Shown one piece after another: positions 39,061-52,609 of a stretch of 64,000 nt of DNA. The first letter of the stretch is position 1. Each line of letters begins with the position of its first letter. The notes under the pieces are model-generated. The model was not told where the DNA came from and did no database searches. It saw only the letters and a list, made by a program, of their open reading frames with translations. The position numbers were made by a program, and so were the translations under genes. Source of the DNA: Octopus sinensis (lineage: Eukaryota); assembly GCF_006345805.1 (NCBI RefSeq), contig NC_043008.1, positions 27,900,001-27,964,000 on the forward strand. Direction: 5' to 3'.

Positions 39061-42000
39061 CAGTAGTTTTATTTTTATAGCGTGCTTTCACTTCACTACC
39101 GAGCGCAGCTCTATGTGCCTTGGGTATGTGCTGTGATTTGTTGTGATGCTCTGATGGTTATTGTATGGAAAGTGTTCTGTGTAGGATGTGTGCAGTGCCT
39201 AGAAGTGCAATTTTCTGTATGTTATATGTGTTTGTAAGTCTTGGTGTTTTTGTTATGTATTTGTCTGAATATTTTTTTATCATGCCTAATGCACCTACTA
39301 TGATAGGAATTGTTTCTGTTTTCAGGTTCCACATTCTAGTTACCTCTATTTCCAGGTCTTTCCTATTTTGAGAGTTTCTCCATTTCTTTTAGAGACACGT
39401 TGTCATCTGCCGGTATTGATACATCAATTAGAAAGCATTTTTTTTCATCATGATCTCTGACAACTATATCTGGTCTGTTGGCCTTAATTTCTCTATCTGT
39501 GTGTATGGGCATATCCCAGAGTATGGTTGCTTTCTCGTTTTCTGTGACCTTTTCTGGTGTGTGCCTATACCATCTTTTTTCCGTTGTTATTCCATAATGT
39601 TGGCATAGCTTCCAATGTATGTAGGTTCCAACTCTGTCATGTCTGTGAATATATTCCTTCTTAGCCAGGACTGGGCAGCTAGAGATAATATGATTTATTG
39701 TTTCTTGTCCATCTCCACATATTCTGCAGTTACTTGTAATATTTCTTTTCATTACATGATTTTGGTAATTTCTGGTGGGGAGGCTTTGGTCTTGTGCTGC
39801 AATTAAAAATCCCTCTGTTTCTGCTTTGAGTCCTGAGCTTCTCAACCATTGCTGGGATTTTTCTTTGTCTATTTCTTTTGCGTTTAGTTTAGTGCAGTAT
39901 TTACCATGAAGGGGCTTTTCTTGCCATCGTTTTATCATGGCTCGTTGCTGTTCTATTTTTAGTTTGGATTTCATTTGTTTTATAGCTTTTGTTGTTTCTT
40001 CATCATCTTCTTCTTCTTTGTGTTTATTAGGTGGTATGATTTCTTGTTTGTATTTGTCAGCTTCCTTAAAAACTGAGATCAGTTTTTTGTTTTGCTCGTG
40101 TTTTGCCGCTATCTGGATCAGTTTTCCTTCCTTCTGAAGTAGGTATTTTTGCAGTCCTATGGTGGTTATTTTATAGTAGTTTTCCAGCTGTATAAGGCCT
40201 CTACCACCTTCTATACGTTGTATATATAGTCTTTCTATGTCAGAATTTGGGTGATGCATCCTAGATCCTGTCAGTATTTTTCTTGTTTTCCTATCTATTT
40301 TGGACAGTTCATTTCGTGTCCAGTTAAGGATATTGTAGCTGTAACTTATAACTGGGACAGCTAAAGTGTTGATACCTATTATCTTGTTTTTAGCATTGAG
40401 CTCTGTGTTTAGTATTGATCTAACTCGTCTATAATATTCTTTTTTTATTTTCTCTTTCATTTGTGTGTGTTGTGTCTTATCTAGTTCATGGATTCCTAAG
40501 TATTTGTAAGTTTGGCTTTGGTCTAATTCTTTTATTTCATTGGTTTTATCTAGTGTGATGTTGTTACTCTTAACTAGTTTTCCTCTTTTCATGGTTACTT
40601 TGGCGCATTTTTCTAATCCAAATTTCATATCTATTTCTTTGGTAAATCCATGAACTGTCTTTAATAGTGTTTCCAGCTGTTTGTCATTTGCAGCGTATAG
40701 TTTTAGGTCATCCATATATAAAAGGTGGCTGATAATTTTGCCGTAACATATATATCCGCATCCAGTTCTATTTAGCATATCAGATAGAGGTGACAGTGCC
40801 AAGCAGAAAAGGAGTGGAGAGAGCGTGTCTCCCTGGAATATTCCTCTTCTAATGGGATGTCTTTGGTTTTCATGAGTCCCTCTTTTGTTTGGAGGTGTTG
40901 GACTGTTTGCCATTTATTCATAGAGTGCTCTATGAATTTTATGATTGTTGGTGCTACTTTGTTAATGGCTAGTGTTTCGAGGATCCTTGTGTGGGGGATG
41001 CTATCAAACGCATTTTTGTAGTCAATCCAGGCCATACTGAGGCCTTTCTTCTTCTGTGGCTGTCTTCAGTTATGGCTTTATTAATCATTAGTTGATCTTT
41101 ACAGCCATATGAGCCTTTGCGGCATCCTTTCTGCTCTTCTGGGAACAGTTTGTTTTCTCCAGGTGCTTGTTCAGCCTTTGCGATATCACTGCAGTAAATG
41201 CCTTGAACATAGTAGGGAGGCAGGTTATTGGTCTGTAGTTTTCTGGTTTTTTTTGTTTCATTTTTGGGAATTAAGATGGTTTTCCCCTTCGTGAGCCATT
41301 CAGGCATTGTCTCTGGCTCTGCTAGTATGCTGTTAAAGTTTTCAGCCAGCTTTTTGTGCATTCCTGTTAGATATTTCAACCAGAAGTTGGGGATCTTGTC
41401 ATGCCCAGGCGCCTTCCAGTTGCTTAGTTTCTGCAGTGCCTGGGTGACCTCTTCAGTTGTTATGGGGGTCCAAAGTTGTTCAGATGCCGAGTTTGTTATT
41501 TTCATACTCCTTTTTTTTGGCTGTTCGTTCGCCGACCATATTTCTTTCCAGAATTCTTCCAATTCTTCTGCCGTTGGTGCTGCAGTGACTTCTATTTTAT
41601 TTTTGCCCAGTTCTTGGTAGAACTTTTTGGGGTCGGTGTTGAACTTTTTGTTCTGTTCAAAGAAGCGCTGGCGTTTCTCGTACCGGCGGATCCTTTGAGC
41701 TTTGGCAAGGATATCTTGCTTCAGCTTTTCTTTTATCTCCGGCAAATCTTTTTCTGTGATGTTATATTTGCGGAGCATTTTTGTTCTCTTTTTGTTGCTC
41801 AGTAGCGTTGTCTGTTTGCTGATTTCATTAAGAATCGACAGGTCTTTTCTAATTTTTTTAATTATGTTTTGGATGTTATTTGTCCACAGGGTTTGTTTGG
41901 GTGGTGGTACTACTGTTTGGGCGGGTTTGGGTGAGGATCCAGCTTCTTTTGTGGCTGCAGGGGCTGCTGCGTATATCAAGTCATTTAATTCAGTGATATC

Positions 42001-43020
42001 ACTTTTTTTTGTTTCAGTGGCTAGTTCAGTGACGGTTAGGTTTATGTTGTTTATAATTGATGTTGTTATTGCGTTTATTTTTATTCTTGGGAGGTATGGT
42101 CGGTGGTCCATTTTGGGCTCAGTTCTTTGATTATTTTATTTTTTATATTATCATAATCATTAGGCTCCCCTTCGTTGTTTACATCGTGTTTGTTGGGAAT
42201 GTTGCGTTTGTCTTCGTGTTTTACAGTTACAGTGTTTATATTATTGGGCATTGTTGTGTGGCTTCTATCTACATTTTCCTGGTGTATTTTTTCTTTTAAA
42301 TGTTCTATTTCTATTTCTGATATTTTTTGGCTTTGAGAATGTATCTTCGTACGTTAGCTAATTTATTAGGGTTCATTGCTGTATCCAAGTCTATATCTCT
42401 ATTATTTTCCTTCCATATTTTATATGTATGTGTTGTATTTTCATTTTGTGGGTAGAGCATTGCTGTGAAGTATGCGTGTAATATAGAAATGTATTCCTCA
42501 CGTGTCCATTTACGTCTTTTGGGTTTTAATTGCGGGACATGAGGTACAACGTCCGGCCCATTATTTTGACGGTCGTCATTTTCGTAGGGTACCGGTCCGT
42601 TTATTTCTGTTGTCACATTATTTCGCACGTGTAGTTTTTCGTACATTTTTTGTTGTAGGTTTAATGTACGTACCGCTCGATTGTTATTCTTGGGTTGAAT
42701 AGTATCGGTGGCATTTAATTTCTTCGTAGTTCCTTTGTACATGGTGTTTGAGGTCGGGGATGATCGTGTTGTTCCACGCATGTTTACATGTGTTGTGTTA
42801 GAGGTGGAGATAATATCGAGTCAAAATACATCATTTCGTTTCGAAAATAGTAATAAATTTCAATTAGTATTACTTACTCGGATATAGTCCAATTCTTTGT
42901 TAGTAAATCTTTGGCTCCATAGGGTGTCCTTGTTTTCGATGTTTGTGGATAGATTTCGGAGCTCTGTATTTTCCTTCTTACATCTTAAACGTCCCCGGTG
43001 TCTCTTAAACGTCCCCGTTT
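39061..43020 (-). mobile_element. Near full-length R4/Dong-clade non-LTR retrotransposon in a (TAA)n tract
   Basis: Single ORF organisation: N-terminal domain, RT, CCHC knuckle, REL endonuclease. (ATT)n on both flanks (about 38966-39060 and 43021-43270). TAA-repeat targeting is established for Dong. Confidence 0.85.
39158..42781 (-). pseudogene. R4/Dong ORF (RT plus restriction-like endonuclease), interrupted by several frameshifts
   Basis: Supplied ORF pieces: KRRKWTREE (42311-42781); WKAPGHDKIPNFWLK..EQKGCRKGSYGCKDQL (40969-42111); MAWIDYKNAFDSIPH; RRGIFQGDTLSPLLF, HLLYMDDLKLY, CRICGDGQETINHIISSC, PDIVV..LIDVSIP (39363-40913); ends RTLSIQ* at 39158. Confidence 0.9.
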
Positions 43021-43036
43021 ATTATTATTATTATTA

Positions 43037-43083
<47 letters not shown>

Positions 43084-43122
43084 ATTATTATTATTTTTAT
43101 TATTATTATTATTATCATCATC

Positions 43123-43153
<31 letters not shown>

Positions 43154-43270
43154 TTATTATTATTATTATTATTATTATCATTATTATTATTACTATTATT
43201 ATTATTATTATTATTACTATTATTATTATTATTATTATTATCATTATTATTATTATTAAAATTATTATTA

Positions 43271-43466
43271 TTCAGGCCACTGCCTGTAATCGAACTCGCA
43301 ATATTGTGTTTAATAGCCCGCGCTCTTAACCACTAAGCTCTATTGCTTGTTAAAGGGGAAATCCCTGCGTATGTCTCATCCCTGCGTATGGTGTAGTGTT
43401 TACGAGCGCGGGCTACTAACCCGAAGATTCCAAGTTCGATGTTCGATTCCAGGCAGTGACCTGAAT
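43271..43466. mobile_element. Head-to-head pair of tRNA-like SINE heads
   Basis: Minus-strand head at about 43271-43338 and plus-strand head at about 43388-43466 (GGTGTAGTG..GTTCGATTCCAGGCAGTGACCTGAA). Each runs outward into a trinucleotide tract. Confidence 0.75.
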
Positions 43467-43599
43467 ACAGCAACAACAACAACTGCTACTACTACTACTA
43501 CTACTAATAATAATAATGATAATAATAATAATAATAATATTAATAATAATAATAATGATAATAATAATAATAATAATAATAAAAACAATACTAATAATA

Positions 43600-44160
43600 A
43601 ATGCCCTGATGCAGTACCAGGCAGTGGCTCTCATGGCTTCTGATCTTAACTGATTGGAAGTGTTATCATGCACATTGTTTAGTCTTGGTATAAAAGATGG
43701 ACTATAGCAAATATTCTGCTCAATACCACAGATTTGCTTGTCAGTTGTTTGACCTTAACCAGTTGAGCATGTCTCTTAGTGGCTGACGATATGTGCATCT
43801 CTGATCACGAGCAGAAGTAGTGGGGGAGCATCATAGCCATGTGTTGAGAGGGATTCTTTGGGGTTTGAATAATTCACCTTTGGAAACATGGGTGGTTCTT
43901 TCAACATCCTTAAACAACCCTTATTCAGGGACCTTTTGAGCGGGATGGTCTACTCAACCTGAAGAAAATTCTAACTGGGCCCCACCTGCAAGGTCATGTG
44001 CTGTTTATCTTGATATGAGATCACCATGTCGCGCACATATGGTTGTGATGCATGTGCCTGGTGTACCCTTATCAGACGGGTAGTCATGATGGGTATATTG
44101 GGCTTCGTATATTTTACCCCAGTGTCACTTTGATGGCATGAACTGCTCTCTCACTCAATA
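43600..44160 (+). mobile_element. ~560-bp interspersed repeat inserted in the SINE (AAT)n tract, possibly a 5'-truncated Dong-like 3' UTR
   Basis: Non-coding block bounded by (AAT)n on both sides, splitting the SINE head (43388) from its tail (44190). Family assignment is inference. Confidence 0.45.
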
Positions 44161-44189
44161 ATAATAATAATAATGATGATAATAATACT

Positions 44190-44345
44190 AACAACAACCA
44201 CATCGAAAAATACCTTAGGAATGAGAACTTAGGCTCGAAATTTCTCCAGGGCACTTGATGAAGGGTGTATCAGCCAAAACGTTGTGTTTATAACCAAGAA
44301 GATGACGACAAATATTCGTCAAATGTAAATAATGTAAACAATATT
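44190..44345 (+). mobile_element. HHR-derived SINE tail
   Basis: Homologous to 34989-35140. Decayed HHR at about 44250-44288. Confidence 0.7.
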
Positions 44346-44549
44346 TAAGACGTGTGCTTCAAAACTGAAGGGATGATTTAATAGGGACAAAACATAAAAT
44401 GACATTACTACTGATAATGACTATAATGAGGATGACAATGATGACAATGATAATGATAAGGAGGAGGAGGAGGAGAGACATTTGGGGGCTAATTATATTG
44501 ATGATATATATGTGCTTGATAAAGTTTATAAATTTCGTGCTGTTGTCGT

Positions 44550-45105
44550 CTATTATTATTATCCAGTAATCTTTTTTTTTTATCTCATGCTTTCACTGCA
44601 CTACTGTATTGAAAGTACTCTAAGTAGGTTGCGTGCAGTACCTAGAAGTGATATTTTTTGTATGATATATACATTTGTAAATTTTTGTCTTGTGGTTATG
44701 CATTAGCTTGAATGATTTTTATCATACTAAATGCATCTATTACTATGGGTATTGTTTCAGTCTTTAGGCTCCACACTCGGGTTACCTCTATTCCAACATC
44801 ATCGTATTTTGAGAGTTTCTCCGTTTTTTTAGAGATACATTATCATCTTTTGGTGTTGCTACATTGATTAAAATGCATATTTTATCACTTTTGGTGCTCT
44901 CTGACAGTTACGTCCGATCTGTTAGCTCTGATTTGTCTATCTGTATATATTATCATATCTCAGAGTATGGTGCCGTTCTCATTTTCTTAGATATTTTCTA
45001 GAGTTTGCATGCACCATCTTTTTCTGTTGTCATTCTATAGTCTTTCCATACCTTCCAGCTTACCTAAAAGTAACCGGAAATGATCTCTGTGTGACAAGCC
45101 CGTAG
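44550..45105 (-). mobile_element. Degenerate R4/Dong 3' fragment
   Basis: Colinear similarity to about 39080-39640. Confidence 0.7.
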
Positions 45106-45169
45106 TAGTTCAGCATTCCATTGCTAGAAGCTAGTTGATGCGATTCAAGTCGTACTGCCTCATGGTGCG

Positions 45170-46086
45170 TCTTTGTTTTACAGTGCTTCTCTCCTAATCG
45201 TCGAATTTTGTGGTGGCGGAAACGAAGAAACAACGTGCTTCCGTGAAATCCGAATGGCTTTAACTCATTATGAAAGGTTACTAGTCACTTGGATATCGTG
45301 GACGACCGTTGCCCAACAATTGACGACCTTGTTGATGTCACTAGTGTGTCCTGGAGCTCCTGCTAACGAATTTTGAGCGAGGAATTGTGAATGAAATGAT
45401 TTGCAGCAAACTTTGTGTCTCGTCGAATATCAAATATCATGGACCATCAAACGTAGTCACGACAGAATGCGTGTCGTGAACTCAACAAAAGATTGAATGT
45501 AGTTCCGGACCTGTTATCAATGGTAACGAAAGCTGGCACTACGGAATTCGCAAATGTGGAAGAGAAGAAAAATACGACGGATGCGTTAAAAGCATCACTT
45601 TGGAAGTGTTCCAGGACTACTTCGAACAGTGGAAAATGCGTCTGGAAGGATGCAGTGCTTCAAATGGAATTTGAAGACGATGAAAGTGTATATATGTAAA
45701 CCTAATGGAATAAAATATCACAAGATTCCGGTTTCTTTTGCATACACCCACGTATATAGGTTACAATGTGTTATGTATGTAAATAAAATTGAAAGCATTT
45801 CTGAACATTTTTCCGAATATCATCACTGTTGGCGAAAGCTGGTACTTTAAAATTTGTAGATGTTACTAAGAAGTTTGCAGATGTGGAAGAGAAAGGAAAA
45901 CGACGGGCGCGTTAAAAGGCATCACTTCGCAAGAGTTCCAGGAGAACTTTGAACAGCGGAAAACGCGTCCGGATCGATGCATTGCTTCAAATGGAGAATA
46001 ATTTCAAGCAGGTAAAAGTATATATATGTACAACTAAATGAATAAGATATGACCAAAATCCAGTTTCTTTTTCGCACCCCTCGTAT
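45170..46086 (+). mobile_element. Tc1/mariner transposase 3' remnants (two 3' ends)
   Basis: KFADVEE..TT.ALKGITSQEFQ..FEQ.K...DRCIASNGE at about 45870-46005, with a similar block at about 45545-45680. TIR-like end ..CACCCCTCG|TA. Confidence 0.65.
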
Positions 46087-46309
46087 ATAGGTCTCATTTT
46101 TTAGCCAAGACTGGGCAGCCAGAGACAATATGATTTATTGTTTCTTCCCTATCACCACATATTTTATTCTTTCCTTGATGTGTTGCATCATGATTTCATG
46201 AGTTGTACGTGAGGTTCCCACGAGAGTTGTTATTGAGATCCCATCCCTCTCTTCCTCTCTTTATTTGTATATAAACGTGCACATGTATGAACAGACACAG
46301 ATATATAAA

Positions 46310-46990
46310 TAACTTGTTTGCATTGGGTCGCCTCCATTACCACATTATCACCAGCTTTCTACGTATAGCATTTGAAAACATCAATAATAATACGGGGCCC
46401 GGTATATTGCAGCAGATAGTCGTAACTAATCGTTCTCCTTTCACTTCATATACAATGGTCTATACTACTCAGTCCTCTGCCATCATACTTTCGTTTCACA
46501 TACAATTTCTTTACGTTTGCACATGACACGTAATACTATCATTTGCTCTCCATGCATCAATGGTAATCAAGGCGTCATTCTCAAGTAATTGTTACTTCCA
46601 TTACTGGTCATTTGAAGTGCTCCCACAGTCATTGGTATTGTAACTGTATTGAGAGTAGGAGGAAAGGAGCAGCTTGGTGAATAGACCAAATTCTACAGGT
46701 CTGTAAATACATTCCGCAGATGGTGAGGAGATCAGCTATCAATGGTAATCAAGGCGTCATTCTCAAGTAATTGTTACTTCCATTACTGGTCATTTGAAGT
46801 GCTCCCACAGTCATTGGTATTGTAACTGTATTGAGAGTAGGAGGAAAGGAGCAGCTTGGTGAATAGACCAAATTCTACAGGTCTGTAAATACATTCCGCA
46901 GATGGTGAGGAGATCAGCAGTGGGCATTCCTGTGCGATAAGTAGACAAAAGAGGTCTTACATCCTTGGAGTCAGCAGAGGTCACGTATCA
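46310..46990 (-). pseudogene. Possible Helitron Rep/helicase remnants containing an exact 181-bp tandem duplication
   Basis: Fragments GERL..NIPGP, ADLLTICG and LWEHFK resemble the Helitron linker region. 46556-46736 is identical to 46738-46918. Confidence 0.4.
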
Positions 46991-47879
46991 TTACTACTAC
47001 TAGCGATCAATTAGACCGATGGCCTTGATCTTGAAAAGAACCAGTTCACCTTGTTCTATTTTTTATTGTTGTTTACCTGTCTTCGTCTTTTGTTTTTCTG
47101 TAAATTTCAACTATATGTATGTATGTATGTATATATATATATACCGATGTGCACATCGTTAAATTTTTGAATTTCTGAATTTTGTATTTTAATTTTCCTT
47201 TACTTTTTATAAGTTTGGCTGGGGTTTAAAGTCTTTATAATTGTGCAGTTCGTATATATTGCCAAACGCTTACTTCCTTAATTTTTTTATCGTTGATTAA
47301 ATTCTCTTGTTGCAATAAATGGTATGTGTACATGTTCGGCTAGTCAGGTAGAAAAGAATGGTAAAACTGTCACAGAAAACTGTAGATATTAAAGTTTTGA
47401 AATTTTATACAAATATGTTTGTATGTCCGATCAGAGAATACTCTTGTGTTTTTGCAATAAAAATGTTTACATTTTCGAATACTCAGGGAGAAAGGAAAGG
47501 AAAGAAATGGAGGGTAAAATTTTCACAGTAGACTGTAGATATTAAAGTTATAAATTCACTGAAGTTGATCTTTTGCATGTCCGAAGAGAGAAACATGTAA
47601 AGTTCTTAGAATAAAAGGGGTGTTTACATTTTCAAATGCTCAGGGAAGTTGATATTAGCTTTGAAAGCTGATCGTTTGCGTGTTCTAAAACTGTAGATAC
47701 TTAAATTTCTTAACTTATTTTGAGAGGAATTTAAAATAGAGTAAATTGTAGATATTGCAGTCTTTGAGATTTATTTTTTAGTTGTCATGCTGGGCTGTAT
47801 TGGTGTTGTTGTTTTTGTTTTTGTCTGGAAAGCCTTCAATCGGCCTTGTCAATTGCTGCCTTTCTTCCTGAATCTTGTT

Positions 47880-48095
47880 ATAGCAGCAGCAGCAGCTGTA
47901 GTTGTAGTATTAGTTGCAGTAGCAACCGAAGTTGCAGCCGCAGAAGCAGTAGCAGCAGCAGTAGTAGTAGTAGAAGTAGTAAAAGTAGTAGTAGTAGTTG
48001 TTGTATTAGTAGTAGTATTTGTATAAGAAATAGTAGTAGTAGTAGCCACCACAGCTGCAGCAGCAGTTGCAGCAGTAGAAGTAGTAGTTGTTGTT

Positions 48096-48128
<33 letters not shown>

Positions 48129-48129
48129 A

Positions 48130-48185
<56 letters not shown>

Positions 48186-48193
48186 GTAGTAGT
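47880..48193. repeat. (AGC)n/(AGT)n microsatellite
   Basis: Direct reading. Confidence 0.9.
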
Positions 48194-48904
48194 GTGACTT
48201 TGTATCCCTGTGCTATCAGTAAACAAACTAAGCCTCACCCCCTTGTGGTCAGCAGAGGTCAAATAGTGTTTACTACTACCATCAATCAATGTGAGAGTTG
48301 GCCTTGTGAAGGACCAGCTCACCTTGTGTTTTAATGACTGATAGAAAAATAAAAAAATATATATGCTGATACTGAACTTTTCTTTCATCTTTATAGATTT
48401 TGCTGTGGTTTAGTATTCATAATTGTGCAGTTTGTATAAATTGGCACTTGCTTACATCCTTAGGTTTTATCGTGCGTTTTATTATTATTTTTTTCCTTCT
48501 TTCTTCAAATTTTCTTCCATTTCTCGCTGAGTGTTTTCCTTACACCTAGGGCAGAGAAGCTCATTATATGCATTCCCAAATTACACATGCACATTCACAG
48601 GCAGGTAAAATATGTATTTAAAAAAATTAATAATGAGTAAGTTCATGAACAGATGTTATTTTCACAGCGATAATGCTCTTCTAAGTACATGATTCGTTCC
48701 AGTTAACGCGATTGTTTATACTTCCTGTAGGGATGGTAAGTCTGGTATCATTTTCAAATAGGTTTCAGTGCCTTTTTTTTATCATTCCCAGAGATCCTAC
48801 AATCACTGGTAATGTAGTCGCCTTGAGATGCCACAGTTTTTGAATTTCTATTAGCATGTCTTTATATTTACTGATCTAGCATCATCCGCCTTCTTCTTCT
48901 TCTT

Positions 48905-49005
<101 letters not shown>

Positions 49006-49042
49006 TATTATTATTAGTATCATTATTGTCATTATCATTATT

Positions 49043-49107
<65 letters not shown>

Positions 49108-49124
49108 CATTATTATTATTATTA

Positions 49125-49410
49125 TTCAGGTCACGGCATGGAATCGAACACGTAATTTTGGAGTTAGTGTCCCGCGCCGTATGCCCAGGGGCATATGGCG
49201 TAGTGGATAAGAGTGAGGGTTCTAATTCCAAGATTCCGAGGTCGATTCCAGGTAGTGATCTGAGAATCCCCAACACACCTGATGTATGCTGGAGGTTATA
49301 TCAGCCGAAACGTTGTGTTAACAACAAAAAAGATGAGGACAAGTATCCGTCAATTGTAAATAATGTAAATAATGTACATATTTCCTCATCTCTTAAATAT
49401 AGAACTGTAA
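49125..49410. mobile_element. Head-to-head SINE heads with a directly joined HHR-derived tail
   Basis: Minus head at about 49126-49190 next to (CTT)n(ATT)n (48890-49125). Plus head at about 49193-49263 is fused to the tail ACAC-CTGATGT..CAGCC-GAAACGTT-GTGTT (49275-49319). Confidence 0.7.
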
Positions 49411-49899
49411 TATTCGTTAGCCAAAAACTGAGTTTGGTTGCTGCTTCTTGTTTCCTTACTGGAAATGTTTTGCCACTCCGTCTCTTAAGTTAGTATATTT
49501 GCGTTGCTATGATTTGCCATGTGATACGTTTTAAATTGACTGATATGTATTGTTCAACGTCTATATTCTGTACGTTGCAGTGTTTGACAGTGATCGCATA
49601 GACTATCGTTTATGTAATATCTGCTGTTTGCAGAAACCAGCTTCAATCTGTGTTATTCCTAGAAATACCAATTTTGTTATATATTGATTTGTTAGCACAT
49701 GTGACAACTTGATCATGTTTTGCAAAGTCAATCGTAATAATCTTTATAATATAGGTAGAAGGCCTGAAACTTTGTCCTTATTTACTCATCTCCAAAAAGA
49801 TTAAATTGAATGTCAACTTCTGGCGGACGAAATGACGCCAAGCATTTAGTTCGGTGTACTATCAATCCCACCCACCACCGCCTTAATTGTCATAATAAT

Positions 49900-50095
49900 T
49901 TTTCTGCTTTAGGTACAAAACCGGCAGATTCTCAGAGTAAGAGATAGTCGACTGTTACTTATTTTATTGACCTCGAAGGATAAACAGGCAAAGTCGATCT
50001 TGGCAGAATTTGAACTCAGAACACAATGTCGGACACGATGATGCAAGTAATGTTCCCAGTCTGCTATCAGTTTGCTGCCTTAATATCCATAGTGC
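49900..50095 (-). mobile_element. tRNA-derived SINE fragment
   Basis: Reverse-complement homolog of 37160-37320. Confidence 0.6.
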
Positions 50096-50243
50096 CATTA
50101 AACATATCCCTTAATTGTTTGATACGTTTTTCTTAAAAACTCTCGGTATTCTACATTCCATGTCAACCTCTTTAAACATTCCCTTGTCCTAGGTTTTATT
50201 CACAAACACATTATAATAAAACTACCTTTTGTGCTATCCATAG

Positions 50244-50375
50244 TTGCGAAAGCGTGGTATCAACACGGTCCTCGTAACAATATCCTTACTATAGAAAATT
50301 TTGTACGAGATTTCGCATCGAATTATCAGCATTATGAGGTTATCGTGTCCGAAGGAATATTTGGATTTACAAGGA
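50244..50375 (+). CDS. Candidate isolated internal exon (unidentified protein)
   Basis: Acceptor ..CTTTTGTGCTATCCATAG| and donor |GTATGC. 132 nt, phase 1-1, open: AKAWYQHGPRNNILTIENFVRDFASNYQHYEVIVSEGIFGFTR. No family recognised. Confidence 0.25.
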
Positions 50376-51073
50376 GTATGCAAGTAATACGCCTGTCCTA
50401 AAGTCAATATTCTTAATGTGTTGAATGGATATGATATCCACATGAATCAATAAAAGTTGAAAGTGCAGCTAAAATTGAATCCTCTGTTTCTGCATTTTAT
50501 CCATACCATCTGAGTAATAATTTGTTTTCAGACTCAGTTTCAGACGGTGAGAACTATGCATTAGGTCTGTCCTGCACTTGTCATCTGTATGTTTCGGAGT
50601 CATATTTCGTTTCTATATTCATTTGAAATGCTGTGTGTCACATTTTCCTTATTCATTTATGTTCTTTATCTATAGTGTTCTTTCTACTTTGTATTATGCT
50701 AAACCTTGTATGAATTGCGTCCTTTTTATCAGTATTCACTTGACACTTCCCATTCCTTGCTTGTAATTATATATGAAATCCCTCATTACTTTACATCAAG
50801 CACCATATTATCATTAATCGCGACACATATTTTCTCCCTGTATTGGATTATGATGCTCTAATAGCTTCTGCTATCTATCACTATCTCTCTCATCAAATTG
50901 GAAATCATTTTCAATATCTTCCAACTTAATACTCTGAACCTGAAGCAAATTATAGTACTGAAAGGTAACACACACACGCACACACACACACACACACACA
51001 AACACCACACACATACTCACAAACAAATACACACGCAAACACATATATAGTGAGATGTATGCACACACATACG

Positions 51074-51111
<38 letters not shown>

Positions 51112-51657
51112 CACACATATATATATTATATTTATATATATATACATTCACAATAAGTAACAGGACATCAAGAAGTGATGCAGTACAATCGTTTCAAGCG
51201 GCTCCATTTAATTGAACATGTCAATCATTACATCAATTTAAAAGTAGGGCTATCCTCAGCTGCACAAATAAATAAATAGAATTTTAATCAGTCGGACACA
51301 TTAATAAAATTTTATTGAAATACTCTACTAGAGAAAGATAAAAGAAGTCTATGTTGTCGCTATTGTACCTAAGGACATACTACACTTCCTAGGAATGCAT
51401 GAAGTTTGTTGAGGTCATAGCTTGTAAATATATATATATATATATATAGGGAGAGGGAGAAAGAGACAGGCAGACAAACAGAGACAGATAGATAGATAGC
51501 TAGATAGGCAGATAAATCAATGGATAGAGGTAGATAGACACAGTTCCAGAGATACAGATAGAAGTAAACATAGATATATAGATAGAAAAAGAGAGATAAA
51601 TATATACACACACTCACACACACACTCACATAAATAGATAGATCGATCGATAGATAG

Positions 51658-51700
<43 letters not shown>

Positions 51701-52541
51701 TACATATGTACATATATAGATAGATGGATAAACTCACTAATAAATATTTATTCTCATTTTGATAAAAGATTTTAGATTCAAATGTATTACAACAGAAATA
51801 TTGAAATTATATATGTGACACTACGAGGTTTTACCGCACTAATAGCTGTATACATTTAGTGCATGCTTTTTTATATTCACATCTACAATTTTGTAATATT
51901 CTTTTTATATATATATCTAGTATCAATTTATTGATTCATTGTTATAAAATTTTGAATATTTCGGTGCACTTGTTAACATTTTCTTCTGTGCAACTAAAGC
52001 ACAATTTGCAATTTACTTTCTGTCTGAGAGAATTCATTGTTGAATATTTTCTGATGCCATTCATATTAAAATTTATTCTATTGCTTTTCAAAATATATAT
52101 CTTTAAGAACGGATTTATTCATAATACGTTTCTTGTATATGGTGTAAATTTAAAATTGTGGTTTCTTAGTGTTTCATCTTAATGTATTGTGACTTCACAT
52201 CAGCATACGATGCTCTTTCACTATAAAGTTAACATCAATGACACATCATTTTCAAATCGAATCTTGTTATATAGTACGAGTCTATTATTATCATAGGGCT
52301 TTCATTTTCTTAGTCACCAATACTTTCAAGCAGGCGTGGGAGACTCAGAATACTACCATACATCAACAAACATCTGTTCAATAGTTAAGCCTTACGAATG
52401 CGTCCTCCGATATATTACAATGCGCAATATTGATAAAAATATCTTGAATTCACACACAGAGGCATCTCAACATATATGTGTTTGCGTGTGACTGTGCGTG
52501 TGTGAGTGTGCGTGTGTGAGCGTGCGTATGCGAGTGTGTGC

Positions 52542-52609
<68 letters not shown>

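Noticed and set aside
42781-43020. HDV-like ribozyme in the R4/Dong 5' UTR
   Set aside because: Expected by analogy with R2/R4 elements, but I could not find the nested double-pseudoknot pairings by eye. A covariance-model search is needed.
47370-47760. Degenerate ~150-bp tandem repeat (CTGTAGATATT motif)
   Set aside because: Only 3-4 decayed copies, with no ribozyme or other structure seen; an ordinary minisatellite.
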